Below are positions 1-8,962 of a stretch of 51,791 bases of DNA, in pieces; position 1 is the first letter of the stretch, and every line of letters begins with the position of its first letter. Source of the stretch: Actinomycetota bacterium (GTDB lineage Bacteria > Actinomycetota > Actinomycetes > S36-B12 > UBA10799); assembly GCA_963169255.1 (NCBI GenBank), contig CAUJEJ010000040.1:1-51791 (forward strand), in the 5' to 3' direction. The notes under the pieces were generated by a model. It worked only from the letters and a program-made list of their open reading frames with translations. It was not told where the DNA came from and did no database searches. A program made the position numbers and the translations under genes.

Positions 1-1
1 C

Positions 2-1819
2 CTGTTTTCAGGGCCTCGTGGGTGTGGCAAGACGTCGAGTGCGCGCATCCTTGCCCGCTCGCTGAACTGCGAGCAAGGTCCAACATCCACGCCTTGCGGC
101 GTCTGCAATAGCTGCGTAGACCTCGCGCCGAACGGTCCAGGTTCCATCGATGTGATCGAACTCGACGCAGCAACGCACGGCCTCGTGGACGATGCCCGCG
201 ACCTGCGCGAGAAGGCTGTCTACGCCCCCGCCAGCAGCCGCTACAAGATCTACATCATCGACGAGGCCCATCAGCTTGGGCCGGGGGCGGCGAATGCGCT
301 CCTCAAGCTGGTCGAAGAACCGCCTCCGCATCTGCGCTTCGTCTTCGCAACGACAGAACCCGACAAGATCATTGGAACCATCCGGTCCCGGACGCACCAC
401 TACGGATTCCGGCTAGTGCCTGCGCGCACTCTGCAGACCCACCTCGCGAGTATTTGTGCGCAGGAGGAGTTCACAGCTGACCCCGCAGCGCTTGCCCTGG
501 TGAGTCGGGCCGCGGGGGGATCGGTTCGTGACTCGTTGTCGATCCTGGGTCAACTACTCGCGGGATCAGGCCCAGAGGGACTAACCTACGACGAGGCTGC
601 CGATCAACTGGGGGTGACTGACTCGGCGCTGATCGACGAGGTCGTTGCTGCCATGGCCAACTACGACGGCGCCGCGATGTTCAAGCTGGTCGACACCGTG
701 GTCGAAACGGGCCACGATCCGCGGCGCTTCGTCACCGACCTGCTGGAGCGTCTCCGCGATCTGCTGATCGTTGCCGGGGTGCCGGACGCCGCCGAGGCCG
801 GACTCATCGATGGCCCCGACGAACGGGTCGAGGAGCTCCGCGGGCAGGCGTCGCAGTTCGGCCCTGGCGCTCTCACCCGGAATGCGGAACTCGTCAGCAA
901 GGGACTCTCAGAACTGAAGGGTGCGACGGCACCGCGTCTGCAGCTAGAACTCCTTGCAGCTCGGTTGGTCTTGCCCGCGGCTGACGCCGGCCAGGACACA
1001 CTGGTTGCACGGCTGGAAAAGCTCGAACGGTCACCGGTCGCTGTTGTTTCATCGGCTGCGACCGCCCCAGCGGCGACGGCCCAGCCACCATCGCAGACCT
1101 CGGAATCCGCACCCGCACCCGCACCCGCACCAGGCCCTGCGCCGCAGGCTAAGCGGCCACCCGCGAAACCAGCGAGCCAACCATCCCGCATTGACGCACC
1201 GCCAGCACCACCTCGCCTCTCCCAGGTCGCGCCGTCCACGTCGACAGCACCTGACGAGGTCAAAGCCACGGATCAACGTGAACCTGAGCGCCCGGAATCA
1301 ACAGACGCTCCCGCCCCTGCCAAACCGCCTGCGCCACCTACCTCGAATGCCGCCGCTGCGCCTGCCGGGGCCGGGGCCTCCATCGAGCAAGTACGCGCGC
1401 TGTGGCCGTCCGTCCTCGATGAAGTCAAGCTCAAATCTCGCGTGGTCTGGATGTTGCTCGTTGAGGCTCACCCGCTCTCCGTTGAGGACGGCGTTGTTGT
1501 CGCCTCCCACGAGAACGTCGGTACCGTCAAACGGTTCTCGCAGAGTTCCGGTCACGACGAGACGATCGCTGAAGCGACGAAGGCCGTCATCGGTACACCG
1601 CTGCGAGTGGAGTTGGTGATTGGAGATGGCGCAGTTGCGTCACCTCGCGATGCCGGTTCGTCAGCGCGAGCAGGGGCCGGGTCGGTTGTCGGCGCGCCGG
1701 CTCCCGAGCACCAAGTGGAAGACGTCACCGAGAGCGTCGACCTCGACGAAGTCGCCGGGATCGACCTACTCGCGCGTGAACTTGGCGGCGTCAAAATCAC
1801 CGAATACGACGAGGGCTAG
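2..1819 (+). CDS. dnaX: DNA polymerase III subunit gamma/tau (5' end cut by window edge)
   Basis: Frame 2 is open from nt 2 ([26 protein letters not shown]...). It shows Walker A GCGKTS, Cys cluster [15 protein letters not shown] and TIRSRT, then a Pro/Ala-rich linker and an actinobacterial tau-type C-terminal domain. recR follows 5 nt later. Confidence 0.93.
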   Translation: MFSGPRGCGKTSSARILARSLNCEQGPTSTPCGVCNSCVDLAPNGPGSIDVIELDAATHGLVDDARDLREKAVYAPASSRYKIYIIDEAHQLGPGAANALLKLVEEPPPHLRFVFATTEPDKIIGTIRSRTHHYGFRLVPARTLQTHLASICAQEEFTADPAALALVSRAAGGSVRDSLSILGQLLAGSGPEGLTYDEAADQLGVTDSALIDEVVAAMANYDGAAMFKLVDTVVETGHDPRRFVTDLLERLRDLLIVAGVPDAAEAGLIDGPDERVEELRGQASQFGPGALTRNAELVSKGLSELKGATAPRLQLELLAARLVLPAADAGQDTLVARLEKLERSPVAVVSSAATAPAATAQPPSQTSESAPAPAPAPGPAPQAKRPPAKPASQPSRIDAPPAPPRLSQVAPSTSTAPDEVKATDQREPERPESTDAPAPAKPPAPPTSNAAAAPAGAGASIEQVRALWPSVLDEVKLKSRVVWMLLVEAHPLSVEDGVVVASHENVGTVKRFSQSSGHDETIAEATKAVIGTPLRVELVIGDGAVASPRDAGSSARAGAGSVVGAPAPEHQVEDVTESVDLDEVAGIDLLARELGGVKITEYDEG

Positions 1820-1824
1820 CAGCG

Positions 1825-2424
1825 ATGTTCGACGGTGCAATTGCAGATCTGGTGACCGAGCTAGGGCGGCTCCCCGGCGTGGGCCCAAAGAGCGCGCAAC
1901 GGATTGCGTTCTTCATCTTGCAGTCGGAGGAGGAAGACGTACGCCGTCTCGCCGATTCGATGATTACCGTGAAGGAGAAGGTCCGCTTCTGCTCCGAATG
2001 CGGCAATGTCAGCGAGGAAGAACGCTGCCGAGTGTGCGTTGATGACCGCCGGGATCGTTCGATGATCTGTGTCGTCGAGGAGCCGAAAGACATCGTCGCG
2101 GTGGAAAAGACGCGCGAATACCGCGGGCTCTACCACGTGCTTGGCGGTGCCATCAGCCCGATTGATGGGGTTGGCCCGGATGACCTGCGGATCCGCGAAC
2201 TCATGACTCGCCTCGCAGATGGCCGAGTTGCCGAGGTGGTGATCGCCACCGATCCGAACCTTGAGGGCGAGGCAACAGCGACCTACCTCGCCCGCCTGTT
2301 GGGTTCGATGGATATCGCCGTTTCACGCTTGGCCAGCGGATTGCCTGTCGGTGGTGACCTCGAGTACGCCGACGAAGTAACCCTAGGCCGCGCCTTCGCC
2401 GGTCGTCGCCGGATCGAGCCCTAG
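1825..2424 (+). CDS. recR: recombination protein RecR
   Basis: 199 aa. HhH motif [15 protein letters not shown]4 zinc finger [16 protein letters not shown] and a Toprim region (VVEEPKD...[12 protein letters not shown]). Confidence 0.95.
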   Translation: MFDGAIADLVTELGRLPGVGPKSAQRIAFFILQSEEEDVRRLADSMITVKEKVRFCSECGNVSEEERCRVCVDDRRDRSMICVVEEPKDIVAVEKTREYRGLYHVLGGAISPIDGVGPDDLRIRELMTRLADGRVAEVVIATDPNLEGEATATYLARLLGSMDIAVSRLASGLPVGGDLEYADEVTLGRAFAGRRRIEP

Positions 2425-2503
2425 CCACGCGCTTCCCCCGTCCACCCCAGAATCCCCCACCGCCGCTCCTCCTCCAACAGGTAGACTCGCCCCAGGTTTT
2501 GAC

Positions 2504-2565
2504 GTTGAGTGTGGGGTTGTTGGGGCCTAGACGGCCGTTTGGACCCCAACAACCCCACACTCAAC
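2504..2565. repeat. long inverted repeat (22-bp perfect arms) in the recR-ask intergenic region
   Basis: GTTGAGTGTGGGGTTGTTGGGG (2504-2525) is the exact reverse complement of CCCCAACAACCCCACACTCAAC (2544-2565). The 18-nt spacer contains the palindrome ACGGCCGT. There is no U-tract on either strand. Confidence 0.8.
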
Positions 2566-2652
2566 GCATCGGTACGCAACGAGTGAGTCAAGACCACCAA
2601 CCGTGAGGCGCAGTAGGTGCGCCCGGACCGTCGTCGCAATGTGGAGCTGTGA

Positions 2653-3918
2653 ATGGGCCTGGTCGTCCACAAGTACGGCGGATCTTCCGTTGCCGACGCG
2701 GCGAGCGTGCGGCGGGTTGCCCAACGCATCGTTGAGACAGTCAAGAACGGTGACGACGTTGCTGTCGTGGTCTCGGCGATGGGCGACACCACCGACGAGC
2801 TGATCGATCTCGCCGAGCAGGTTTCACCGAACCCGCCCGCGCGTGAACTCGACATGCTCCTGACCGCTGGCGAACGAATCTCGATGGCCGTCCTCGCAAT
2901 GGCCATTGCTGACCTTGGCTACCAAGCCCGCTCGTACACCGGCTCGCAGGCTGGCTTCATCACCACTGCCGCGCACGGATCGGCGAAGATCATCGATGTC
3001 ACGCCAGGCCGCATCACCGAGGCCATCGCTGACGGCGCGATCCCCATCGTCGCGGGCTTCCAGGGCGTCTCACAGGACACCAAGGACGTCACCACCCTCG
3101 GCCGCGGCGGTTCCGACACGACCGCCGTCGCGCTAGCCGCAGCGTTGAATGCTGATCGCTGTGAGATCTACACCGACGTCGACGGCATCTTCTCTGCCGA
3201 TCCGCGGATCGCGCCAAAGGCCAGGAAAGTTCCGGTCATCACATACGAAGAAATGCTCGAACTCGCAGCCAACGGTGCCAAGGTGCTGCACCTTCGCTGC
3301 GTGGAGTACGCCCGCCGGTCCGGTATGCCGCTGCGCGTGCGATCGTCCTTCAGCGACTCGCTGGGGACCCTAGTTACCTCGTCGTATGAGCTTGAAGGAG
3401 TTGCCGTGGAAGCGCCAATTATCTCCGGAGTCGCCCACGATCTGGCCGAGGCCAAGATCACCATTGGCGGTGTCCGCGATGAACCGGGGCGTGCGGCGGC
3501 GGTCTTCGAACTGCTCGCCGATGCCGAGGTGAACCTCGACATGATCGTCCAGAACGTATCGGCGGCGGGACTCACTGACATCACCTTCACGCTGCCGATG
3601 TCCCACGGCGACATCGCCCTTGCGGTCTTGCGTGAGAACAAGGGCAACATCGGATTCGAAACTCTCGCCTACGACGACAAGGTCGCGAAGGTCTCGCTAG
3701 TCGGTGCCGCGATGCGCTCACACCCGGGTGTCTCAGCGACGACGTTCCGTGCGCTCGCGGATGCCGGCATCAACGTTGAAATGATCTCGACGTCGGAGAT
3801 CCGCATCTCCGTCGTCACGCGCGCTGAGGACGCAACTCGCGCCGTGCAAGCAATCCACACCGCCTTCGGTCTTGATGCCGATGGTGAAGCCGTCGTCTAC
3901 GCAGGGACAGGTCGATGA
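2653..3918 (+). CDS. ask: aspartate kinase (alpha subunit, full length)
   Basis: 421 aa. N-terminal [13 protein letters not shown] kinase signature and [11 protein letters not shown], with C-terminal ACT-domain region. GGAG lies 8 nt upstream of the ATG, and the stop overlaps the asd start (ATGA). Confidence 0.95.
   Translation: MGLVVHKYGGSSVADAASVRRVAQRIVETVKNGDDVAVVVSAMGDTTDELIDLAEQVSPNPPARELDMLLTAGERISMAVLAMAIADLGYQARSYTGSQAGFITTAAHGSAKIIDVTPGRITEAIADGAIPIVAGFQGVSQDTKDVTTLGRGGSDTTAVALAAALNADRCEIYTDVDGIFSADPRIAPKARKVPVITYEEMLELAANGAKVLHLRCVEYARRSGMPLRVRSSFSDSLGTLVTSSYELEGVAVEAPIISGVAHDLAEAKITIGGVRDEPGRAAAVFELLADAEVNLDMIVQNVSAAGLTDITFTLPMSHGDIALAVLRENKGNIGFETLAYDDKVAKVSLVGAAMRSHPGVSATTFRALADAGINVEMISTSEIRISVVTRAEDATRAVQAIHTAFGLDADGEAVVYAGTGR
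3406..3918 (+). CDS. putative in-frame internal start giving the aspartokinase beta (ACT-domain) subunit
   Basis: Strong SD GAAGGAG (3394-3400) lies 5 nt before an in-frame GTG (3406) at the catalytic/ACT boundary (..[18 protein letters not shown]..). Nested lysC alpha/beta expression is established in Corynebacterium and mycobacteria. Confidence 0.5.
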   Translation: MEAPIISGVAHDLAEAKITIGGVRDEPGRAAAVFELLADAEVNLDMIVQNVSAAGLTDITFTLPMSHGDIALAVLRENKGNIGFETLAYDDKVAKVSLVGAAMRSHPGVSATTFRALADAGINVEMISTSEIRISVVTRAEDATRAVQAIHTAFGLDADGEAVVYAGTGR

Positions 3919-4985
3919 ACGCCGAAGCACGCGCAGGTAAGCCCACACTGGCAGTCGTCGGAGCCACCGGCGCGGTCGGCACCGTCATGTTGGAGTTGCT
4001 GTCCACTCGCATCGACGTCTGGGGCGAGATCCGACTCGTCGCCTCCGCTCGCTCTGCCGGTAAGAAGTTGATGGTTCGTGGCGAAGAGGTTGAGGTGCAG
4101 GCTCTCGCCCCCGAGGTCTTCGACGGCGTCGACGTCGCGATGTTCGACGTGCCCGACGAGGTCTCTGCCCAGTGGGCGCCAATCGCGGCCGCTCGTGGAG
4201 CAGTAGCCGTCGACAACTCAGGTGCGTTCCGCATGGAGCCCGACATTCCGCTCGTCGTTCCCGAGGTGAATCCGGGCGCAGCTGCTAACCGTCCACGCGG
4301 CATCATCAGCAACCCAAACTGCACGACTCTGTCGATGATCGTGGTGCTTGGTGCCCTGCACCGGCGCTACGGGCTCAAGGAGATTGTCGTCGCGTCGTAC
4401 CAGGCTGCCTCTGGCGCGGGGCAGGCGGGAATCGACGAACTCCGCGAGCAAATCGCCGCTGTCGCTGCCGACGGAACCGTTGGCGAACGTCCCGGCGACG
4501 TGCGTCGGGTGATCGAGTCCGGTGGTTCGTTCCCCGCACCGCTGGCGCTCAACGTCGTCCCGTGGGCGGGTTCACTCAAGCAAGGCGGCTACACCTCAGA
4601 GGAACTCAAGGTTCGCAACGAGTCCCGCAAGATCCTCGAGCTTCCTGATCTGAAGGTCGCTGCCACCTGCGTGCGCGTACCGGTGATCACGACCCACTCC
4701 CTCGCTGTCCACGCGGTGTTCGAACATGAAGTGGATCAGACGGAGGCGCAGGAACTTCTTCGCCAGGCCGAGTCCGTGGTCTTGCTCGACAACCCGGCGA
4801 ACCTCGAGTTCCCAACGCCAATCGACGTTGTTGGCACCGACCCCACCTACGTTGGTCGGATCCGCAAGTCGATCGACGAGCCGAACGCACTTGACCTATT
4901 CGTCTGCGGCGACAACCTGCGCAAGGGCGCGGCCCTCAACACCGCCCAGATCGCCGAGCTCCTCGCAGCCGAGTTCACCAACTAG
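3915..4985 (+). CDS. asd: aspartate-semialdehyde dehydrogenase
   Basis: 356 aa. NAD-binding VVGATGAVG, active-site SNPNCTT and conserved ask-asd operon order. Confidence 0.95.
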   Translation: MNAEARAGKPTLAVVGATGAVGTVMLELLSTRIDVWGEIRLVASARSAGKKLMVRGEEVEVQALAPEVFDGVDVAMFDVPDEVSAQWAPIAAARGAVAVDNSGAFRMEPDIPLVVPEVNPGAAANRPRGIISNPNCTTLSMIVVLGALHRRYGLKEIVVASYQAASGAGQAGIDELREQIAAVAADGTVGERPGDVRRVIESGGSFPAPLALNVVPWAGSLKQGGYTSEELKVRNESRKILELPDLKVAATCVRVPVITTHSLAVHAVFEHEVDQTEAQELLRQAESVVLLDNPANLEFPTPIDVVGTDPTYVGRIRKSIDEPNALDLFVCGDNLRKGAALNTAQIAELLAAEFTN

Positions 4986-5019
4986 CCGACTGGTTGTCCC
5001 GCATCAAGGCAAAGCGAAA

Positions 5020-5050
5020 GGCCCGGTGCGTCTCGCGCACCGGGCCATTT
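5020..5050 (+). terminator. intrinsic terminator after asd
   Basis: GGCCCGGTGCG-TCTCG-CGCACCGGGCC (11-bp GC stem) followed by ATTT, 35 nt after the asd stop. Confidence 0.75.
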
Positions 5051-5273
5051 CGACTTCGCCAGCACGCTTGGGGGGAAGCGCTGGCCTGATGAAGGGAAAC
5101 CCTTCGACGAACACGTGGGGGAACGTGACGCCTTGTGTTCTTATTGTTACCAATAGCTACGAAGAAGGAAACCCCCGGTTAGGCGGTTCACCCGTTTGGG
5201 TGCGTGTCAAAGCCGGGTCTCCCACGAATCTGCGCCTTGTAGTTCCGACTCCAGCGTGCTTAGTATCCGAAGC

Positions 5274-6083
5274 ATGAGGCTCCACGCACGCACTCTGCTC
5301 ATTGGCACGCTCGCGATTCCGCTCGCCTGTCTAGGGACGCTTCCTGCAGGTGCCGTCGAGGGTGCTGACCCCGTGGTTGTGCGGGTGACTAAAGCGGACC
5401 TAGGCAACAGTTGGCAGCGCGGGTGCCCGGTGAAGCCCAAGAAGTTGCGCGCGATCGACATCAACTTCATCCACTACAACGGAACGGTCCAGCGCGGACG
5501 CATCATCGTGGCGAAGGTTGCCGTCAAAGCCGCTCGGGAAGCACTCGTTGCTGCATATGACGCCGACTTCAGATTCAACTCGATGATCCCCGTGCAGGCA
5601 TTCAACTCCTCCGACAACAAGTCGATGCGGGCCGACAACACCAGTGGATTCAGCTGTCGAAAGCTACCCGGAACGAGCCGTTGGAGCGCACACGCGCTAG
5701 GGCAGGCCGTCGACATCAACCCGCGGCGCAACCCACACGTCTTTCCGAACAAGCTATTGCCTGGCAACGCCAAGAACTACGTACAGCGCCAGCCACAGCA
5801 ACTCGGGATGGTCTATAAGAACAGCGTCATTACGAAGGTGTTCAAGGCACACGGCTGGACGTGGGGTGGCGGGTACCGGAACAGGGACTACCAGCATTAC
5901 TCCAGGCCGGGGCATTTGTTGCGGATAGGGGTGGTGCGGCCCCTGGTCTTAAATCCCACGAGTCGCTTTTGTCTGGGGTTGAGACGTTGGGGATTCCTCG
6001 GTGGTCTTTGGTGGGTGGCGGGAACCGTCGGGCGCTGCGCGCCCTCCTCCCAAATCCCACGAGTCAGAGCCGACCAAATTTGA
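5274..6083 (+). CDS. secreted M15-family (VanY/D-Ala-D-Ala carboxypeptidase-like) metallopeptidase; 3' end uncertain
   Basis: Signal peptide MRLHARTLLIGTLAIPLACLGTLPAGA. Zn-ligand motifs SAHALGQAVDIN and WGGGYRNRDYQHY. The start is chosen at ATG 5274 inside ORF 5196-6083. The ORF continues about 60 codons past the conserved C-terminal motif into a repeat array. Confidence 0.72.
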   Translation: MRLHARTLLIGTLAIPLACLGTLPAGAVEGADPVVVRVTKADLGNSWQRGCPVKPKKLRAIDINFIHYNGTVQRGRIIVAKVAVKAAREALVAAYDADFRFNSMIPVQAFNSSDNKSMRADNTSGFSCRKLPGTSRWSAHALGQAVDINPRRNPHVFPNKLLPGNAKNYVQRQPQQLGMVYKNSVITKVFKAHGWTWGGGYRNRDYQHYSRPGHLLRIGVVRPLVLNPTSRFCLGLRRWGFLGGLWWVAGTVGRCAPSSQIPRVRADQI

Positions 6084-6145
6084 GGGGTGGCGGGAACCGC
6101 CGCGCTCGCTATCGCTCGCAAGACGCGGCTCCCAAATCCCACAGC
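5928..6145. repeat. three tandem imperfect palindromic units resembling the tRNA-Pro 3' end
   Basis: Units begin near 5930, 6014 and 6086 with GGTGG(T/C)G(C/G)GG and end with AAATCCCAC (5951, 6052, 6134) around GC-rich hairpins. GGTGGCGGGA equals the complement of the T-stem/acceptor 3' end of the adjacent tRNA (6201-6210). Confidence 0.6.
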
Positions 6146-6151
6146 CTGATT

Positions 6152-6194
6152 AACCAAAAGTGCTGAGGGGCAACGCCCCACAGCACATTTGGTT
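6152..6194 (-). terminator. terminator hairpin downstream of tRNA-Pro (potentially bidirectional)
   Basis: On the minus strand: AACCAAA-T-GTGCTG-T-GGGGC-GTT-GCCCC-T-CAGCAC-T-TTTGGTT. This is a GC core stem followed by TTTTGGTT immediately 3' of the tRNA. Confidence 0.65.
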
Positions 6195-6196
6195 TG

Positions 6197-6270
<74 letters not shown>

Positions 6271-6330
6271 ATGTTGCCAATGGCAACCTGCGGGAGTCTA
6301 CCTCCCACCTGCACTGCCGCGTCGCGCTGG

Positions 6331-7245
6331 CTACTCGGTGTCCCTGCCGACGAGGGTCAACAGCGTTGCCTCCGGCGGACAAGCAAACCGGACTGGAGTC
6401 ATCGGGTTGGTGCCGAGACCGGCCGAGACATGCAGCAGCGAGTTCCGATGATGGCTGAGCCCCTTAACCCGCGCGGGGTCCAAGTCACAGTTCGTCACCA
6501 GTGCCCCGTAGCCAGGAATCGCAACCTGTCCACCGTGTGTGTGCCCCGCCATGATCAGTTGCGCGCCGTCGTCAGCCATCGCGTCCAACACCCGCAGGTA
6601 GGGCGCATGGGTCACACCGAGCGCGAGGTCCGCCAATGGATCGAACGGTCCAGCAATCGGCTCGTAGTGGTCACGCTTGATGTGCGGATCGTCCACACCA
6701 CGGACGTCGATCAAGCGGCCGTCGACCTTGATGTGGTCGCGCCGATTCGATAGGTCGATCCAGCCACCTGCTGATAGCGCGCCCTTCAGTTCGGCCCACG
6801 GCAAGTTCGGCTCGCCGCGATCGTGGTTCGTCGGATGCAACAAGTACGCGAGCGGATTACCGAACTTGGGTGCGTAGTAGTCGTTCGACCCCAGCACAAA
6901 CGCACCTGGCACATCCAATAGCGGCCCGAGCGCCTCGACGAGCGGGTATACCGCGTCGGGATGAGAAAGGAAGTCACCGGTAGCCACTACCAAGTCCGGT
7001 TCGAGGTCGACCAGCGCGCGGATCCAGCCAGCCTTGGCGGTTTGCCGCGGCGTCATGTGGAGATCAGAAAGATGGAGCACCAACAGTGGCTCTGAGCCGG
7101 GCTCCAATACCGGAACAACGATCGACCTCAGCCGGTAAGAGCGAGCTTCAGCCAGTGAGTACGCGAGCACCCCCGCACCCAAAACTCCCGCCACTCCCAG
7201 GGTCTTGATCGCACGTTTTGCGTACAGGGAGTCGGCAACTGGCAT
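6331..7245 (-). CDS. membrane-anchored metallophosphoesterase (Rv3683-like)
   Basis: Calcineurin-like motifs LHLSDLHM, ATGDF, GSNDYY and GHTHGGQ, with an N-terminal TM helix AIKTLGVAGVLGAGVLAYSLA. The start is set at ATG 7245. The longer ORF to 7491 would overlap the divergent gene. Confidence 0.8.
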   Translation of the reverse strand: MPVADSLYAKRAIKTLGVAGVLGAGVLAYSLAEARSYRLRSIVVPVLEPGSEPLLVLHLSDLHMTPRQTAKAGWIRALVDLEPDLVVATGDFLSHPDAVYPLVEALGPLLDVPGAFVLGSNDYYAPKFGNPLAYLLHPTNHDRGEPNLPWAELKGALSAGGWIDLSNRRDHIKVDGRLIDVRGVDDPHIKRDHYEPIAGPFDPLADLALGVTHAPYLRVLDAMADDGAQLIMAGHTHGGQVAIPGYGALVTNCDLDPARVKGLSHHRNSLLHVSAGLGTNPMTPVRFACPPEATLLTLVGRDTE

Positions 7246-7312
7246 GCCAACTATGGTTGCACGTTCGGATACGTGCGCGCCGGATCGTGGCCCGGTCGGG
7301 TTAGATAGAGCC

Positions 7313-7774
7313 ATGACTGACTCTGCATTGAAGACCCAACTGCACTCGGACCTGACTGCTGCAATGAAAGATCGTGACCAGTTGCGCTCAGGCACAATCC
7401 GAATGGCACTGACGGCGATCACCAATGAAGAGGTTGCCGGAAAGAGCTCACGAGAGCTCACCGATGCCGATGTCATCACTGTGCTCACCAAAGAGGCGAA
7501 GAAGCGCCGAGAAGCCGCGACTGCCTATGACGAGGCAAATCGAGCCGACCTTGCGGACAAAGAACGTGCCGAGCTCGGTGTCCTGGAGGCGTACCTTCCG
7601 GCACAGCTCTCCGACGAAGAACTTGCTGGCATAGTCGCTGCTGCTGTCACCGAATCAGGTGTCAGCGGGCCGCAGGGTATGGGCGCGGTGATGAAGCTGG
7701 TCCAGCCGAAGGTTGCCGGTCGTGCAGACGGCGGACGAATCGCTGCCGAGGTCAAGCGTCAGCTCACGTCCTAG
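7313..7774 (+). CDS. GatB/YqeY domain-containing protein
   Basis: 153 aa from ATG 7313 (MTDSALKTQLHSDLTAAMKDRD...LTKEAKKRREAA...GMGAVMK), the typical YqeY family pattern. Confidence 0.85.
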   Translation: MTDSALKTQLHSDLTAAMKDRDQLRSGTIRMALTAITNEEVAGKSSRELTDADVITVLTKEAKKRREAATAYDEANRADLADKERAELGVLEAYLPAQLSDEELAGIVAAAVTESGVSGPQGMGAVMKLVQPKVAGRADGGRIAAEVKRQLTS

Positions 7775-7820
7775 CCGCCGGTCAGCAAACGGGGAGCAGT
7801 TCATCCGGGTAGCACGACCC

Positions 7821-8930
7821 TCACTGCACCGTGAAGGCGATGATTCGGTCGTCTTGACGTCCGGGGTTCGCCCGGCCGTCGGTGTTGCTCGTCGTCACCC
7901 ACAGCGTTCCGTCCGGAGCCGCGACAGGCGTCCGCAGGCGCCCGTACTTCTCGAAGAACAGTTCGTTCGGGCCGACGGGTTCGGCCGACGCGAGTCCGAC
8001 CTGCCACAAGCGCTCGCCTCGTAGCGCTGCCAAGTACGCCCAGTCGTTGATGATCGCGAGTCCACTCGGCGAGGCTTCGGCAGTCGGCCACTGAACGTAG
8101 GGGTCGGTGAACGCGGGATCGCTGGCTGCACCTTCGTGAACGGGCCAGCCATAGTTCGCCCCTCGAGTAATGAGGTTGAGCTCATCGTGGGTTCGCTCGC
8201 CGAACTCACTAGCCCACAGCTGGCCCTGAGAATCGAACGCCAGACCCTGGACGTTGCGATGACCCAACGTCCAGACGGGCGAATCGCCGAACGGGTTGTC
8301 CGGCGCTGATGCCCCCGTTTCAGTGATGCGCAGGATTTTGCCAGCCAACGAACCGCGCTGCTGGGACCGTTCGCGCTCGCCTGCGTCGCCCGTGCCCGCG
8401 TAGAGGTAGCCATCGGGGCCGAACGCCAGTCGCCCACCGTTGTGATAGGTGCTGGCCGGAATCCCAGTGAGAATGGGCTGTGGCTGCCCGAGGCGCTGGC
8501 CATCCCATGACATCGACGCGATCCGGTTGTCCGTCCCGGTCGTGTAGTAGACGAACGCCTTCGCTGGCGAGGGACCTGGGGCCAGCACAATGCCGAGCAG
8601 GCCCTCTTCGCCGCCGTCAGTGTGCTCCACACCTGGAACGCTGCCCACAGTGCTCACGGTGGCATCGCCGCTTTGCTGAGGGACGACGCGTTTTACTGTG
8701 CCTGAGTCACGTTCGGTCACCAAGGCGGAGCCATCGGGCAGGAACGCCATCCCCCACGGGCTCTGGAGACCAGTGGCGATCACTCGTTGCTCCGCCACGA
8801 CAGGCGTCCCGCTTGGTGTGCTCGAGGGGGAGCTCGTCGGTCCCGGTTGACTGCCGGCGTCCGATTGCCCGCACGCAGCCAGGCCGAAGCCAACGGCAGC
8901 CACAACAGCGAAGGTGAAGGAAGCGCGCAT
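7821..8930 (-). CDS. PQQ-dependent sugar (glucose/sorbosone) dehydrogenase-family lipoprotein
   Basis: Lipobox LAAC after a signal peptide. Beta-propeller motifs PWGMAFLPDG, YHNGGRLAFGPDGYLY, LAGKILRI, GHRNVQGLAFD and GANYGWP. Confidence 0.85.
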   Translation of the reverse strand: MRASFTFAVVAAVGFGLAACGQSDAGSQPGPTSSPSSTPSGTPVVAEQRVIATGLQSPWGMAFLPDGSALVTERDSGTVKRVVPQQSGDATVSTVGSVPGVEHTDGGEEGLLGIVLAPGPSPAKAFVYYTTGTDNRIASMSWDGQRLGQPQPILTGIPASTYHNGGRLAFGPDGYLYAGTGDAGERERSQQRGSLAGKILRITETGASAPDNPFGDSPVWTLGHRNVQGLAFDSQGQLWASEFGERTHDELNLITRGANYGWPVHEGAASDPAFTDPYVQWPTAEASPSGLAIINDWAYLAALRGERLWQVGLASAEPVGPNELFFEKYGRLRTPVAAPDGTLWVTTSNTDGRANPGRQDDRIIAFTVQ

Positions 8931-8962
8931 GCAACGAACCTAACCGGGGTTCGTTGTGGCGT

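Noticed and set aside
1109-1131. (GCACCC) x ~3.8 hexanucleotide repeat in dnaX encoding (AP)n
   Set aside because: It is an in-frame short repeat within the Pro/Ala linker of tau. It may be length-variable, but nothing suggests function or phase variation.
152-1819. Programmed -1 frameshift site in dnaX (gamma versus tau)
   Set aside because: I noticed no A-AAA-AAG-type slippery heptamer with a downstream hairpin on reading. I also know of no evidence that actinobacterial dnaX uses this mechanism.
7312-7315. CATG shared as a back-to-back start for the metallophosphoesterase (alternative start 7314) and the YqeY gene (7313)
   Set aside because: It would require divergent genes overlapping at their 5' ends with no promoter space. 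The internal ATG at 7245, just before the TM helix, is more plausible.
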